Assembly: GCA_001643675.2 (NCBI GenBank)
Contig: LSRY02000014.1
Coordinates: forward strand, 1,488,001-1,552,000
Reading direction: 5' to 3'
DNA length: 64,000 bases
From: Monocercomonoides exilis PA203
Lineage: Eukaryota; Protista; Preaxostyla
The notes under the pieces were generated by a model. That model saw only the letters and a program-made list of their open reading frames with translations, did not search any database and was not told where the DNA came from. The position numbers and the translations under genes were made by a program. Positions 61,644 to 64,000 of the stretch are shown piece after piece. Every line of letters begins with the position of its first letter. Position 1 is the stretch's first letter.

Positions 61644-63164
61644 GGTATGATCCGATTATATCTGCACAACCAAAAATGATTTTAATCATTATATTTCGAT
61701 TTGTTATATATTATTATTGGAAAAGAATATGCAAATAAAAACAAGCGGAAATTTTTTATTTTAAGGAAATTTTGAAGAATAATATTTTCACCCATAATAA
61801 TATTCGAAAATTATTTGTGTAAAGGGTTCGAATTTTTTTTTTGATCTCATGGAACGTGAACGAGATCTTCATGATGAGGAAAACTTTTCTTGGCTGAACA
61901 AACTCTTCTACGACGAAACGAGCGAATGAGAATGGTTCGAAAGAGAAACAATTGCGATGAACTTCCCGATGTGCAGAATTCATAGATGCTATCAACGAAT
62001 ATATCATGATAAGAATTATCACTATTACGCTTGTCCAAAATGCAAGATCAAGAAAAGCATTTTTTCAGGAACATCTTTTAGCAGAATAAAGATTGGACTA
62101 GGCGTTAATCTTCTGATTTGTTTATATTACTGGCTGGGGATTCAAATCAAAACAATTTCTTTGCTTCTTTCTGTTAATAACGACACAGTCGGATACTGGG
62201 GAAGTGTGATTCTGTGAGCTTGTTCACAAATGTGGAACGAAAGTAAGCAAGTTATTGGATGTGATTGAACAACAGTTAAAATTGATGAAGCAATTTGGAG
62301 AAAACGGAAGCACAGGAGAGGAAGAAAGAAAAAGCAATTGTGGATTTTCGGAGGGGTGGAAAGATTAGAGGGTGGTGGAGCGGGGAAACGGTTTATGGTT
62401 ATTGATGTTAACAGAAAAAAGCAAACTTTGATTTAAATTACTCAGAAATGCATAAAAGCTGGAACAATAATTATTTTCTATCAATTACGCGATTATTCTT
62501 CACTGGAAACACTTGGATATAAGCATCAAATTGTGTACCAAAAAAGACGTTTCCGAAACCCAGAAACTAGCGTGTTTACAAATACAAATGAAGGGTTATG
62601 GCAACATTTGCTATGCACTATCACTCGATTTGGTACAAGGATTAGACAAATGCATGACTATCTTTTACTGTTTTTGGTGAAATCAACATTTGATTTGACA
62701 TTCATTCAATTAATCAAATTTCTGTGCTTTGAAAATATAATTGAACCTGTTCAAATGGAAGAAGAAGAAGAAGAAGAAGAAGAAATCATTGATGAAGATG
62801 AAAAGATTCCAGAAATGGATGATGTTGTCAATGAAGATAATGATGATAAATCTGATGAAGATTTCGGAGCAGGAGATGGAGCTAGTGCCTCTGAATTAGA
62901 GCCTTAAATATTATTCTTATTAGAATAATATCATTTTAATATGTTTTTTAATTTTTTAGAAGCTATTTTTTCAACAAATCAGTCACTTTTTTAATGAAAA
63001 TTCGAATATTTTTATTTTTGATCTAAATCATTTTTTTTCAAAAATATCTTCATAAACACGTTTCCGCATTTTTCCATACTCATTTAACTTATGTACAACA
63101 TGTATTATTATGTTCTGTTAAGTTTCAAAGAAATCTGGGCATACCGATATATTCGGATTATGCC
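61644..63164 (+). mobile_element. Merlin (IS1595/ISXO2-like) DNA transposon with inactive transposase
   Basis: TIRs GGTATGATCCGATTATATC / GATATATTCGGATTATGCC (16/19 identical, terminal GG...CC). Perfect 8-bp TSD CGTAACTC (61636-61643, 63165-63172). Confidence 0.9.
61849..62907 (+). pseudogene. Merlin/ISXO2-type transposase pseudogene (single frame, several in-frame stops)
   Basis: CPKC, VGYWGSV, VKIDEAIWRKRKHRRGRKKKQLWIFGGVE, NRKKQTL, TNTNEGLWQHL. Stops at about 61927, 62215, 62266 and 62434. The second catalytic D motif is lost. Confidence 0.9.
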
Positions 63165-63358
63165 CGTAACTCTTTTCACTATAAACATAAATGAAATCAT
63201 TATTTTATTCCCCAGTTGAAGAGTGTTCAAAAAAACAAAAGGAATATCTTTAAAATTATAATTATTAAGGTTTGATAGATCATTTTTATTTGAATTGAAT
63301 TTTGTATTTCTCTTGAATCAAACTCTTTTAAAAAAGAAAAAAATTAAGAATTCAATGT

Positions 63359-63644
63359 TCACTGGCTAATATTCGTAAAGATAGTAATTGGTTTGGTGAA
63401 TGAAAGCATAACAAATGGAGTGTCAGAGGTTGCGGAAGTGGAAAAAGTTGAAAGTGAACTTGTGAGCGAAGGTGAATATGAGGAAGGAGGTGAAGGAAAC
63501 ATTTGAGGAGGAAGAGGAGGAGTGGAAGAAGAAGAAGAAGAAGAAGAAGAAGAAGAAGAAGAAGAAGAAGAAGAAGAAGAAGAAGGTTTAGGAGAAGAAA
63601 TAGAAATCTCGTTAAATTGCTGCTGCGGAGTGAGCAATCCATAC

Positions 63645-63675
<31 letters not shown>

Positions 63676-64000
63676 CTTCTTCTTCTTCTTCTTCTTTTCC
63701 ATCTCCATCAATGAATTGTTCATTTAAGAAATCTTCTTCCTCTGGAAAACATTTTTCTCTTTCTTCCAAAATTCCTTCATGTTCTTTGCTATTATCTTTG
63801 CTCTCATTTCCATTCATCTTCTCTTTCTCTCTATCCTTCAAATCCTCAACATCCGCTTCACGTTCATTTCTTCTCTTTCTCTTTTCCTTTTTCCTTTTTG
63901 TCTCTTTTACTAATTCCATTTCTTGTTCTTTTTCATTTTTTCCATTTTTTTCTTCTTTATTCCTTTTCTCCTTTTTTCCCTCTTTCTCCTCTTTCTCCTC
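63359..64000 (-). CDS. Low-complexity Glu/Lys/Ser-rich coding fragment entering from the window edge
   Basis: Open frame with poly-Glu ((TTC)n 63648-63695) and poly-Ser ((GAA)n 63525-63584) tracts. No domain recognised. Confidence 0.35.

Noticed and set aside
63525-63695. (GAA)n and (TTC)n tracts forming a hairpin
   Set aside because: Explained by adjacent poly-Ser and poly-Glu codon runs, which are common throughout this window.
1-64000. CRISPR arrays, rRNA or tRNA genes, prokaryotic operons
   Set aside because: No regularly spaced repeat-spacer array or recognisable structural RNA was seen. The sequence is eukaryotic with spliceosomal introns.

Overview
AT-rich eukaryotic (protist) genomic DNA with short spliceosomal introns and the standard genetic code. 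The gene families resemble those of oxymonads such as Monocercomonoides; this assignment is inference. The window is dominated by three giant paralogous type-I membrane proteins (2379-10280 +, ~11700-24239 -, 45048-53210 -). Each has a Cys-rich modular beta-helix-like ectodomain, one TM helix and a degenerate kinase-like tail. The first two are convergent and share an almost perfect 2.4-kb inverted repeat (8391-10797 / 11183-13588) covering stalk, TM, cytoplasmic domain and 3' flank, while their ectodomains are very different. Gene 2 looks like a chimera of a gene-3-type ectodomain and a gene-1 C-terminus. A soluble protein with the same degenerate kinase-like domain lies at 40434-43588. Also present: intron-split RPS18 (missed by the ORF track), a histidine acid phosphatase, a GT32-like glycosyltransferase and an uncharacterised helical-repeat family gene. 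Mobile DNA comprises a complete hAT transposon (17-bp TIRs, 8-bp TSD, open transposase), two decayed Merlin/IS1595-like transposons with TIRs and TSDs, foldback MITE-like palindromes, and a 40-bp motif abutting homopolymer tracts that occurs twice. Exon models and alignments were made by eye.
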